NCBI GenBank assembly: GCA_034676125.1
Contig: JAUCCO010000004.1
Coordinates: forward strand, 1-56,866
DNA from: Bacteroidia bacterium
GTDB lineage: Bacteria > Bacteroidota > Bacteroidia > UKL13-3
DNA length: 56,866 bases
Direction: 5' to 3'
Below are positions 32,901-41,386 of the stretch, in pieces (within the stretch, counting starts at the first letter, position 1; each line of letters begins with the position of its first letter). The position numbers and the translations under genes are program-made. Under the pieces are notes generated by a model that saw nothing but the letters and a program-made list of their open reading frames with translations, made no database searches and was not told the origin of the DNA.

Positions 32901-34229
32901 GCCAATAATGGATTTGTTTTTGGAACTTCTTTATACAAAACCTCAAATGCAGGTGCCAGTTGGAGTTTAATAAGCCTTAACATGAATGGTGGAGCTTATT
33001 TAACTAGGATTCGTTTTTTAGATAACAATATAGGTTTTGCAGTAGGTTATTATGGCACTTTGCCTGATGGTGGTTTATGTGCTTATATATTTAAAACTAC
33101 CGATGGAGGAACTACTTGGAACCGACAAATATGCCCAACATTTGGTGGAAATACTTTACGTGATGTTTATTTTATTGATGCCAATAACGGATTTGCAAGT
33201 GGCGAAGGAGCATTGTTCCAAACTGCTGATGGAGGTGTAAACTGGTACATTACTGCATTACCAATTCCTAATGGAACAAATAATTATGGTATTTCATCAT
33301 TAGCTTTTACCGATGGCAGAAACGGATGGGCTGTGGCTAGTAATAATATAATTATGAAATGTAATTTTTCAGCTCCAATCATCACTCCACCTACACCTGC
33401 TGTAACATTGCTAATGCCTAATGGTGGCGAAAACTATCCAGTTGCATCAACCCAAAATATTACTTGGAGCGCATCAAATATTGATAGCCTTAAAATAGAA
33501 TACCGCACTAGCGCATCAAGTGCATGGATTAATATTGCCAAAGTTGCTTCGGCAGTTGGTTCATATTCATGGGCAATTCCTAACACCTTAACAAATGATG
33601 CAAAAGTTCGTGTTTCTTCAACAATAGATATGGCCGTGAATGATACCAGTGATGCAACATTTAGCATTATTGCAGCAACCACACCTAGCATAAATTTAGT
33701 AACGCCTAATGGTGGTGAAATATGGCAAACCACCAGCACACAAAATATTACTTGGGTAAGTGCTTTAATTGATACTGTAGTAATTGAATATACAATTGGT
33801 GGTGCTTATATGCCAGTGGCTAGAGTTGCGGCAGCAAGTGGAACATATACTTGGACCATACCAAACACCCCAACTGTAACTTGTAAAGTAAAAATTACTG
33901 ATGCAGCAAATACATTAAGCGATAGTAGCAATGCTAATTTTGAAATTAGGTTAACTTCTGGCCTAAACAATTTGGCTAATGAAATGGGTTTACAAATTTA
34001 TCCTAATCCGTTTCAAGATAACTTTAACATCAACTTAAACCTAAACGAAAATGCTGAAGTAATGGTTACCGTTTTTGATATTGCTGGCAAACAACTACAG
34101 CAAGACAACAACACATTAAACGCAGGTTTACAAACAATAACCATCAATAACAACCTAAAGCCGGGTATGTATTTTGTTAGGATTACTGTTAACCAAAAAA
34201 CAGCAGCATATAGGTTGTTAAAACAATAG
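29967..34229 (+). CDS. T9SS-secreted YCF48/BNR beta-propeller protein with Ig-like domains
   Basis: Signal peptide, many (S/T).(D/N)GG.(T/S)W Asp-boxes, PNGGE...NITW Ig-like units, CTD YPNPF...GMYFVRI...LLKQ. Confidence 0.88.
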   Translation: MKKLLLFFVLAFAFKLSTNAQWMKFSAPQNQGTFVKVQCVTNNVIYTGGGYDNRLYKSVDGGYTWAYTIGSLQSGYPNSFYFLSPDTGFVVCDKGYIYKTTNGGQSFALITRPYQHYKDVVFVNQNVGFIVGNGRVNVQPADTAFILKTIDGGNTWSYYNLGHVSNMVSLSFSDAMHGCAVGASGKVAVTNDGGNTWVTKATGVTNSFNDVSMVSANVIYAAGSSVFKQSVDGGNTWTDVSTGQSPSTYYNGMYFIDSANAHIAFASGLVSKINSVWQPRVSSINTTLRDVHFLNANTGFATGNDGEIYKYVGNTPIISISNPTSGKVLFNNAAFNITWSSNAIDTISIEYRVSPTANWQTIVAKQAANTNSYSWNVPNIETTTASFRITDVANNTHTSKTNDNITFTLERNVELTAPVKYGTTHVMASKIVIGWNTINIDTLKLQYRLSKNAAWLLIADNVLASTKSYLFTIPNTTTSNFEVKVTAKNYSNYADSTGIGTIREKAINTAHPIWSLQNPKPFLGSLTDAQIISGDTLYALANPNLLVTSSNKGVTWTILSELPLDGEILKSFQFFNSQLGYIIVGNENISRVLKTTNAGTSWTVVNESLPGLITGIQFLSTTDIGWVYGGSYQSSSIYYTANGGISFTQQTVNVNKTIKDLFVINSTTAWLVSEDGSLCNTTNSGSTWSTKTQITYPLNDLHFIGSTGWAAGGDYSNGRILKTIDNGATWTTISITGGGIDGIAMKDANTGYAISGYGSSSTFFKKTTDGWATSTNMNVYNSNNGFMPFANTILILPNDVGIAFKKESYNTNPAFSFVISGVDVTSWKNISNEVLKDNGITLYGSTGGISMIDSTTGYAFGSYLLKTTNGGNDWNIASKTDYFSSTSHMQFIGKDTGFLCGTKNNISGIYRTTNGGTSWSMVKGTGNTAPFRIHLTDKLNGFALAGSSDSIYKTTDGGLTWSGLSRPSSTNQGIYFIDANNGFVFGTSLYKTSNAGASWSLISLNMNGGAYLTRIRFLDNNIGFAVGYYGTLPDGGLCAYIFKTTDGGTTWNRQICPTFGGNTLRDVYFIDANNGFASGEGALFQTADGGVNWYITALPIPNGTNNYGISSLAFTDGRNGWAVASNNIIMKCNFSAPIITPPTPAVTLLMPNGGENYPVASTQNITWSASNIDSLKIEYRTSASSAWINIAKVASAVGSYSWAIPNTLTNDAKVRVSSTIDMAVNDTSDATFSIIAATTPSINLVTPNGGEIWQTTSTQNITWVSALIDTVVIEYTIGGAYMPVARVAAASGTYTWTIPNTPTVTCKVKITDAANTLSDSSNANFEIRLTSGLNNLANEMGLQIYPNPFQDNFNINLNLNENAEVMVTVFDIAGKQLQQDNNTLNAGLQTITINNNLKPGMYFVRITVNQKTAAYRLLKQ

Positions 34230-34251
34230 TTTATACAATCACATCATTTAT

Positions 34252-34288
34252 AAAACCTGCTTTAGCTAAAACTAAAGCAGGTTTTTTT
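34252..34288 (+). terminator. Intrinsic terminator after the YCF48-like gene
   Basis: AAAACCTGCTTTAG-loop-CTAAAGCAGGTTTTTTT. Confidence 0.85.
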
Positions 34289-34304
34289 GTTGATTATTGG
34301 GCAC

Positions 34305-34333
34305 AAAAAAAGCCTAACTAAAAGTTAGGCTTT
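34305..34333 (-). terminator. Intrinsic terminator after tRNA-Pro
   Basis: AAAAAAAGCCTAAC-loop-GTTAGGCTTT, with a T-run on the minus strand. Confidence 0.8.
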
Positions 34334-34341
34334 GAATTTTG

Positions 34342-34415
34342 TCGGGGTGGCAGGATTCGAACCTACGACCTCCACATCCCAAATGTGGCGCGATACCGGG
34401 CTACGCTACACCCCG
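34342..34415 (-). tRNA. tRNA-Pro(TGG)
   Basis: Reverse complement CGGGGTG...CCACA-TTTGGGA-TGTGG...GGTTCGAATCC...CACCCCGA. CCA not encoded. TACTTTTG promoter at 34464-34457. Confidence 0.95.
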
Positions 34416-34517
34416 AAAACGTATAGGGTTTGTTGTTACTTACCTTTAACGTGGCGCAAAAGTAAACTTTTGCTAAATTTTTCCAAATGTTATGCTAAAT
34501 TAATTTGGACTAGCTTG

Positions 34518-34605
34518 CGGAGAGAGAGGGATTCGAACCCTCGATACAGTATTCCCGTATGTCGGTTTAGCAAACCGGTGGTTTCAGCCACTCACCCATC
34601 TCTCC
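34518..34605 (-). tRNA. tRNA-Ser(GCT)
   Basis: Reverse complement GGAGAGA...TTGCTAA anticodon loop, long variable arm, GGTTCGAATCC, TCTCTCCG. TACTTTTG promoter at 34639-34632. Confidence 0.95.
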
Positions 34606-34899
34606 GGGCCTCCTATTTTTTTTAGGAGTGGCAAAAGTATGTATATGCACCATAACTACCAAACATTTTTATAAAAAACATCATTTATTATTATTCGCAT
34701 TTATTATGGCTATTTTGTTACAAATATATTGATTTGATTACATGCTAATTATACAAACCATACAACTTATTACTTGTTTTATTTAATCTAATGTACAAAG
34801 TTGGTACTGTAATTACTTTAGTAAAACTAAAAGTGTGGCAATTAATGCAACCTAATATGTGCACTAAAGTTGATTTATTACCATTAAAAAATTAAAACT

Positions 34900-37518
34900 A
34901 TGGCAAAGGAAAATCCAATTAACTACAAGTTTAGAGACCTAAAGGTTTTTGGCTCTACAGAGTGGCTTGCCAATAACGAAAAAAAATATCGCTTAGTTTA
35001 CGATGAGTTAGAGTGTACCTTTATTTATTGTGAGCTATCGTTTTTTAATAAATTATTTGACGAAAAAGATTGGGATGTACGCATGAGTATTAAATGTGTG
35101 CAACAAGCTGATAACGTTGAAATATGTAGCCTAACAGCCGACCGTACCATACGTAAAGATGAAAACATAGTTTATGTGCGCGAAGGTTGGGGAGTAAAAA
35201 CACCTGGCATTTATTGGAAAAAAGGCATCTACCGTTGGGAAGCATGGATTGATAACTTATTGGTTGCAGAAACACGTTTTTATATAGAAGATCAAGGTGT
35301 AGTTACTGATACCGTTAATCCATATTTTAGCCTAGATGAGATTAAACTATATGAAGGACCAGATAATAATATTGCTAAAGCAGAACGAAAATATTTACGC
35401 TCGTTTAGCGAAACTGAAACCCGTTATGTATGGGTAGAATTAACTTGCCAAAGCCATGTAAAAAGTAACGAAGCTTGGCAATGCGAAATGTTTTTTAACT
35501 TTAGAACGAGAAGTGGCCAGCTTAAAGGTAAAATAGAAAAACTTGTTGAAGTAACTACCAGCGAATTTGAATTTACCATTGGTTGGGGTAGCGATGTAAT
35601 GGGCACTTGGAGTAACGATTTATACTCGGTAGATGTAGTGTTTATGGATAAAATTATTGCCACTATTCCGTTTGAAGTTGCCACTGAATTTATTTATGAT
35701 TCAACCCCTATTTTATCTACCCTTCAACCCAAACTTCCTATAAAGCAAATTAATGAAGTTATTAACCCAATAGCAGATGGTAAAATTGAGAATGTATTGC
35801 ACGAACTTGATTTGCTAATTGGTTTAGATAGCATAAAGAAAAAAGTAAAAGAGTATACTACTTACCTTAACTTTTTAAAACTGCGCAAAGAAAAAGGGTT
35901 TGATGACAATGATAAAATAAACCTACATGCGGTATTTACTGGTAACCCTGGAACAGGTAAAACTACCGTTGCAAAAATGCTGGGTAAAATATACCAAGAG
36001 TTGGGTTTGTTAACTAAAGGACATGTTTTAGAAGTTGATAGAAGCGATTTAGTAGCCGAGTATATTGGACAAACAGCACCCAAAACAAAAGAGATTATTA
36101 AAAAGGCAAAAGGCGGAATTTTATTTATTGATGAAGCTTATTCTTTAGCCCGAAAAAACGATGACTCGAAAGATTTTGGTAAGGAGGCTATTGAAATTTT
36201 ACTAAAGGAAATGAGTGATGGCGATGGCGATTTGGCCATAATTGTAGCTGGATACCCAGATGAGATGAATGTTTTTATGGAGTCTAATCCGGGTTTAAAA
36301 TCAAGATTTAGTATGTACTACGATTTCCCTGATTATACTCCTCAAGAACTCATGAAAATTGCCGACTATGCTTCATTAAAAAAAGCAATTGTATTTAATG
36401 TAGAAGCTCGGGATGTTTTGTATAAAAAATTAGTTGATGCTTATCGCGAAAGGGATAAAACATTTGGCAATGCACGATACGTGAATAAATTAATTGACGA
36501 TTCGAAAATGAACATGGGCCTGCGCATCATGACAAATGAAAACCCAAGTTTATTAACCAAAGAGGACTTATCAACCATACATGGTGAGGATATTGATAAA
36601 ATATTTGCACCTAAAATTCGCAGTCATGCCGATATACCTGTTGATGAAGAATTGCTTCGTTCGGCAATGGCAACTTTACATAGCATGATAGGCCTTGGAG
36701 CTATTAAAACGGAAATTGACGAGCTGGTTAAACTGGTAAGATTTTATAAAGAAATTGGTAAAGACATTAGACAAAGCTTTTCGTTACATGCTGTTTTTAC
36801 CGGAAACCCAGGTACAGGAAAAACAACTGTAGCACGTTTATTATCGCAAATTTATAAGGCACTTGGTATTTTAGAAAGGGGTAACTTAGTAGAGTGTGAT
36901 AGGCAAGATTTAGTGGGTGGATTTGTAGGACAAACTGCATTAAAAACCAACGAAGTAATTAGCCGAGCAATGGGCGGAGTACTTTTTATAGATGAAGCTT
37001 ACTCTTTAAGCGAAGGTGGTGAAAACGACTTTGGAAAAGAAGCTGTTGAAGCCATTTTAAAAAGAATGGAAGATGCGCGAGGCGAGTTTGTAGTAATTGT
37101 TGCAGGATATACAGAAAACATGAAACGCTTTTTACAATCAAACCCGGGTTTAAGTTCTAGGTTTGATAGAACCATGTTTTTTGAAGATTATAATGCCGAA
37201 CAATTATACGAAATTGCATTACGCATGTTGCAAAGCAACAGCATTAAGCCTGACGAAAAAGCAAGTGAGCATTTAAAAGCATACTTAACTTTTCAGTACA
37301 ATACCCGAAATCAATTTTTTGGCAACGCACGTAGCGTAAGGAAACTTGTTGAAGAGGCCATTAAAAACCAGCATTTACGCTTGGCTAAAGTTGAAAACGA
37401 ACTTAGAACCATAGACATGATTCAACAGTTAACTTTTGAAGATGTTGAAGAATTTAAAGTGGATTATAATGCCATTTCTGATAAGCGCACCATTGGTTTT
37501 AATACCAGTAAAAGCTAA
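34900..37518 (+). CDS. Tandem AAA+ ATPase, SpoVK/CbbX/EccA-like, with N-terminal beta-rich region
   Basis: Two copies each of GNPGTGKT, LFIDEAYSL, NPGL.SRF and FGNAR. Confidence 0.88.
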   Translation: MAKENPINYKFRDLKVFGSTEWLANNEKKYRLVYDELECTFIYCELSFFNKLFDEKDWDVRMSIKCVQQADNVEICSLTADRTIRKDENIVYVREGWGVKTPGIYWKKGIYRWEAWIDNLLVAETRFYIEDQGVVTDTVNPYFSLDEIKLYEGPDNNIAKAERKYLRSFSETETRYVWVELTCQSHVKSNEAWQCEMFFNFRTRSGQLKGKIEKLVEVTTSEFEFTIGWGSDVMGTWSNDLYSVDVVFMDKIIATIPFEVATEFIYDSTPILSTLQPKLPIKQINEVINPIADGKIENVLHELDLLIGLDSIKKKVKEYTTYLNFLKLRKEKGFDDNDKINLHAVFTGNPGTGKTTVAKMLGKIYQELGLLTKGHVLEVDRSDLVAEYIGQTAPKTKEIIKKAKGGILFIDEAYSLARKNDDSKDFGKEAIEILLKEMSDGDGDLAIIVAGYPDEMNVFMESNPGLKSRFSMYYDFPDYTPQELMKIADYASLKKAIVFNVEARDVLYKKLVDAYRERDKTFGNARYVNKLIDDSKMNMGLRIMTNENPSLLTKEDLSTIHGEDIDKIFAPKIRSHADIPVDEELLRSAMATLHSMIGLGAIKTEIDELVKLVRFYKEIGKDIRQSFSLHAVFTGNPGTGKTTVARLLSQIYKALGILERGNLVECDRQDLVGGFVGQTALKTNEVISRAMGGVLFIDEAYSLSEGGENDFGKEAVEAILKRMEDARGEFVVIVAGYTENMKRFLQSNPGLSSRFDRTMFFEDYNAEQLYEIALRMLQSNSIKPDEKASEHLKAYLTFQYNTRNQFFGNARSVRKLVEEAIKNQHLRLAKVENELRTIDMIQQLTFEDVEEFKVDYNAISDKRTIGFNTSKS

Positions 37519-37530
37519 TAATTATTCCAT

Positions 37531-37568
37531 AAAAAAAGCGATGGTATTTTACTACCATCGCTTTTTTT
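37531..37568. terminator. Bidirectional intrinsic terminator
   Basis: AAAAAAAGCGATGGTA...TACCATCGCTTTTTT. Confidence 0.85.
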
Positions 37569-37932
37569 ATACTTCTAAAAAATCATTAAGTTTAGCTACA
37601 AATTGTTTTTTCATTACTGGCTTTTCAATAATAAAATCAAATTCTTTTTTTACATTATCAGCGCCTAGATAACTTATCAAGTGGGCAGTAAATGCAATAA
37701 CTGGAATATGCTTAAATTTTGGGTCGGCTTTTATGTATTTGGCTAACCAAATTCCATCTTCTGCACCTTCAAGGTTAATATCCGTTACTACCAAATCATA
37801 ATCATTGTTATTTAAAGCAGCCACAGCTTGTTTTGCATTACTTACTACCTTATATTCAAAGTTATTAATCAAGTATATTTGTAACAGCTGTCTGTTTATG
37901 GGGTCATCATCTATAGCAAGTACGCGTTTCAA
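37567..37932 (-). CDS. Single-domain response regulator (receiver only)
   Basis: LAIDDD, DLVVTDINL, AFTA, EKP. TTG start; TAAGTTTG -7 element at 37962-37955. Confidence 0.87.
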   Translation of the reverse strand: MKRVLAIDDDPINRQLLQIYLINNFEYKVVSNAKQAVAALNNNDYDLVVTDINLEGAEDGIWLAKYIKADPKFKHIPVIAFTAHLISYLGADNVKKEFDFIIEKPVMKKQFVAKLNDFLEV

Positions 37933-38005
37933 TTTATTTAATGTTTTTACTGCGCAAACTTATGCTATTTGTTTCAATAAACAGCAAACTATCTTAAAAA
38001 ACCAC

Positions 38006-39370
38006 CTAAAACCATAAAGTTTTTACATTACAGAACTCTTTTAATCCGTAATCACCAAGCTCTCTTCCATAACCAGATTTTTTTACGCCACCAAATGGAT
38101 AAGCCGGCTGCGATTTTACCATTTCGTTAATAAAAACTTGGCCACACTCAAGTTGGTTGGCAATGGCTACAGAACGTTCATGGCTATTACTCCATACACT
38201 TGCGCCCAAACCAAACTCGGTTGCATTGGCAATAGCTAAGGCTTCTTCATCATTACTTACTTCATAAACACTAATTACTGGGCCAAACATCTCTTGGTAA
38301 TAAGCATCACAATTGGTGTTGATATGGGTTAAAATAGTAGGCGGATAAAAAAATCCTTTGGTAGGATAATTGGGTTGTTGGTAATAAATTTTAGCACCGT
38401 TATTAACAGATTGTTTAACTTGACTAGCCAATTTATCACGCAAATCTATTCGCGCCAAAGGACCAATATTTACATCATCAAGCATTGGATTACCACAGTT
38501 TAAATTCGCAACTTTTACAGCCAATTTTTCTAAGAAAGGTGCAGCAATATTTTTATGTAAAATAAATCGTTTAGCTGCAATACAACTTTGCCCGTTGTTT
38601 TGAAAACGTGCGATAATTGCTTTATCAATGGTAGCATCTAAATCTGCATCATCTAATACAATAAACGGATCACTACCACCCAACTCTAACACCGATTTTT
38701 TAATGTGTTTGGCAGCTAAACTTGCTACTGCACTTCCAGCCTTTTCGCTACCTGTTAATGTAGCCGCTTTAATTTTATCGTTTGCTATACAATTGGCTAC
38801 TTGGGTTTCGGTTGCAAAAACTATTTGTATTAATCCTTCAGGTAAACCACATGCGTTAATAATTTGTTGTATGGCTAGGCTGCTTTGTGGCACATTTGGT
38901 GCTGGTTTAACCAAAATAGCATTACCTGCAAGTACTATAGGAACTGCACTGCGCAATATTTGCCAAAACGGAAAATTCCACGGAAAAACACCCAACACCA
39001 CACCCATTGGTTGATAAGTAAGTATAACCGTTTTTCCTGTTTCGGCAATGCTAGTAGTAGGTTGCAAAATTTGTTCGGCATTGGCTGCATAATGCTCGCA
39101 ACCACGTGCACATTTTAACACTTCAAGTTTTGCTTCGGCCAATGGTTTGCCCATTTCTAAAGTAGCAAGCACGGCCAACTCCTCGTGTTTTTGTTTAATA
39201 ATTTCGGCAAGTTTTATAAAAAAAATAGCCCTTTGCGCAATGGGTAAATTAGCCCATGTTTTTTGTGCGCTATCTGCCTTATTTATTGCATTATTTAAAG
39301 CATCATCACTAATAAAATCAAAGGTTGCAGTTTGCTCTTCTGTAAACGGATTTATCGATTCAAATTTCAT
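38006..39370 (-). CDS. NAD(P)-dependent succinate-semialdehyde dehydrogenase (Sad/GabD1-like)
   Basis: SINP, PWNFP.WQ, TGS, ELGGSDP, NGQSCIAAKRF, FGGVKKSGYGRE. Alternative start at 39406. Confidence 0.88.
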   Translation of the reverse strand: MKFESINPFTEEQTATFDFISDDALNNAINKADSAQKTWANLPIAQRAIFFIKLAEIIKQKHEELAVLATLEMGKPLAEAKLEVLKCARGCEHYAANAEQILQPTTSIAETGKTVILTYQPMGVVLGVFPWNFPFWQILRSAVPIVLAGNAILVKPAPNVPQSSLAIQQIINACGLPEGLIQIVFATETQVANCIANDKIKAATLTGSEKAGSAVASLAAKHIKKSVLELGGSDPFIVLDDADLDATIDKAIIARFQNNGQSCIAAKRFILHKNIAAPFLEKLAVKVANLNCGNPMLDDVNIGPLARIDLRDKLASQVKQSVNNGAKIYYQQPNYPTKGFFYPPTILTHINTNCDAYYQEMFGPVISVYEVSNDEEALAIANATEFGLGASVWSNSHERSVAIANQLECGQVFINEMVKSQPAYPFGGVKKSGYGRELGDYGLKEFCNVKTLWF

Positions 39371-39408
39371 GTTATTAATGCCCAATTTAGTAAAGGCATT
39401 CTCCATAT

Positions 39409-41181
39409 TTATTGTTTTACTAAGCTAACCAATTCGCTAATCGAACATGTTTTTTGCTCGCCCGAAATCAGGTTTTTTATAGTAAACACTTGTTGTTGCA
39501 TTTCTGTTTCGCCAGCTATAGCTGCATACGTAATTTGCAATGCATTTGCATAATCTAATTGTTTGCTCAGTTTTTTGTTATCTGGGTAAACTTCGGCTGC
39601 AATACCAGCATCTCGCAATACTTTTAATGCAGGTAAGCAATATTGTTGGGTTGGTAAATCAAAATGGCAAAACAATACTTGGGTTGATGTGGCACGTAAT
39701 TGTTCAGGAAATAATTTTAGCTCATCCATCACATCATAAATCCTATCAAGCCCAAAACTTATACCCACGCCCGATACATTGGGTAAACCAAAAATACCCG
39801 TTAAATTATCGTACCTACCGCCACCGCCAATGCTGCTTTTTAAAGTTCCTTGGTTTGATACAACTTCAAAAATACCACCGGTGTAATAACTTAAGCCGCG
39901 TGCTAAACTAAAATCTAAACTAAGGTTAATGGTTTGGTTTGATGCTTGATTAATGGTTGCAATATTTTTAAGTATAAAAGACAACTCTTCAATACCTTTT
40001 AATCCTTCGGCAGAAGATTGTAATTTAACCTTAAGTTGCTCCAGAATAATTGCATTTTCACCTTTAATATTAATGATATCAAACAATGTATTTAACTCCG
40101 TTTCTGTAAAACCTTGTTCAGTTAATTCTTTGCTAACACCCTCTGCTCCTATTTTATCAAGTTTATCAATAGCCACAGCAATATTACTCATCACATCAAT
40201 TGATTTTACAACCTCAGCAATACCTGCCAAAACTTTGCGGTTGTTTAATTTAATTTCGTATTGGGTTATACCTAAAGCTTTAAAAGCTTCATCATAAATC
40301 TGAATTAAATCTAGCTCGTTTAATAAACTATCACTGCCTACCACATCAGCATCACACTGCCAAAACTCACGGTAGCGGCCTTTTTGCGGTCTATCGGCAC
40401 GCCACACAGGTTGCATTTGGTAACGCCTAAACGGAAATGTAATATCATTCCTATGCATCACCACATAACGTGCAAACGGCACTGTTAAATCGTAACGTAA
40501 ACCTTTTTCTGCAATAAATTTTGTAAGTCCTTTAGACCTAAATGATGATAAACCTTCTTGTACTTCGCTAAAACCTGAAATCAAATCAACAACTAATTCA
40601 TTCAGGTAATTTCCCCTAAAATTTTTTATTTGAAACTGAATATCTTCATATGAACTCTCTCTAGAAATTCCCGATTTCAAGAAAAAATCTGACAATTTAA
40701 ATCCAATTGTATTAGTATGAATATTCAGTTGATTCAGAATATTTTCTTTTTCAGTGTCTGAAAGGTTATTACGGGCAAAACTATTGATTTGGTGTTCGAT
40801 TTGATGTGAGAAGTAATCAGCAAGTTTTGTTGGATTTCTTTGTTCAGGGTATTCGAGCTTTTGATTCATTCCATTAATGATATGTGTAAATACATCATTA
40901 ATTAAATTTTGTATTCTTACACTTAACTCTGGGTTGATACTTTTTATTGTTTTCTCAAAATACTCTCCAGATTCCAAAATCCTAAACAACAGCTTATCTC
41001 CTTCCTCACCATACTTACCTTCTAGGGTTGAAAGGTTTTCCATGGTAGGTGTTTCTAGCGGCATAAAACCGTATTTTTTAAACACCGTTTCAATGGTATT
41101 TAAAATGTATTTTCTTTTTTGAACATCAGCCGGACCAAAGTCGCGCGTACCTTTAGGTAGTGTAGGTTTTTGTATTGCCAT
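39409..41181 (-). CDS. hisS: Histidine-tRNA ligase with large internal insertion
   Basis: PKGTRDF, LRYDLTVP, WRADRPQKGRYREF.QCD, LARGLSYYTG, GGGRYD, anticodon-binding domain. 590 aa. Confidence 0.95.
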   Translation of the reverse strand: MAIQKPTLPKGTRDFGPADVQKRKYILNTIETVFKKYGFMPLETPTMENLSTLEGKYGEEGDKLLFRILESGEYFEKTIKSINPELSVRIQNLINDVFTHIINGMNQKLEYPEQRNPTKLADYFSHQIEHQINSFARNNLSDTEKENILNQLNIHTNTIGFKLSDFFLKSGISRESSYEDIQFQIKNFRGNYLNELVVDLISGFSEVQEGLSSFRSKGLTKFIAEKGLRYDLTVPFARYVVMHRNDITFPFRRYQMQPVWRADRPQKGRYREFWQCDADVVGSDSLLNELDLIQIYDEAFKALGITQYEIKLNNRKVLAGIAEVVKSIDVMSNIAVAIDKLDKIGAEGVSKELTEQGFTETELNTLFDIINIKGENAIILEQLKVKLQSSAEGLKGIEELSFILKNIATINQASNQTINLSLDFSLARGLSYYTGGIFEVVSNQGTLKSSIGGGGRYDNLTGIFGLPNVSGVGISFGLDRIYDVMDELKLFPEQLRATSTQVLFCHFDLPTQQYCLPALKVLRDAGIAAEVYPDNKKLSKQLDYANALQITYAAIAGETEMQQQVFTIKNLISGEQKTCSISELVSLVKQ

Positions 41182-41386
41182 AAAATGAGGCACGAAGATA
41201 CATTACCCCACATAATAACAAAAATTTAATGCAAACCTATTAGCCAAGCCTAAACTTATCAGGTATAAACAAGTAAGTTTTGTTTTAATGATAATGTTGT
41301 TGAAATGAGATAAAACTAGATCGTAGCATGAAATTTATTTAAGCAATTCACTACTTTAGTCAATCGCAGTTACCAATAAGCCTATA

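Noticed and set aside
34332-34625. 97-aa plus-strand ORF
   Set aside because: It is the antisense translation of the two tRNA genes (GFEP, RDSNP artefact motifs).
34230-34900. tRNA-anchored genomic island
   Set aside because: No integrase, and no duplicated tRNA 3' end was noticed elsewhere in the window.
40537-40956. hisS insert as an intein or self-splicing intron
   Set aside because: No N-terminal Cys block, no His-Asn/nucleophile junction, no LAGLIDADG or HNH motif, and no group I/II intron features seen.
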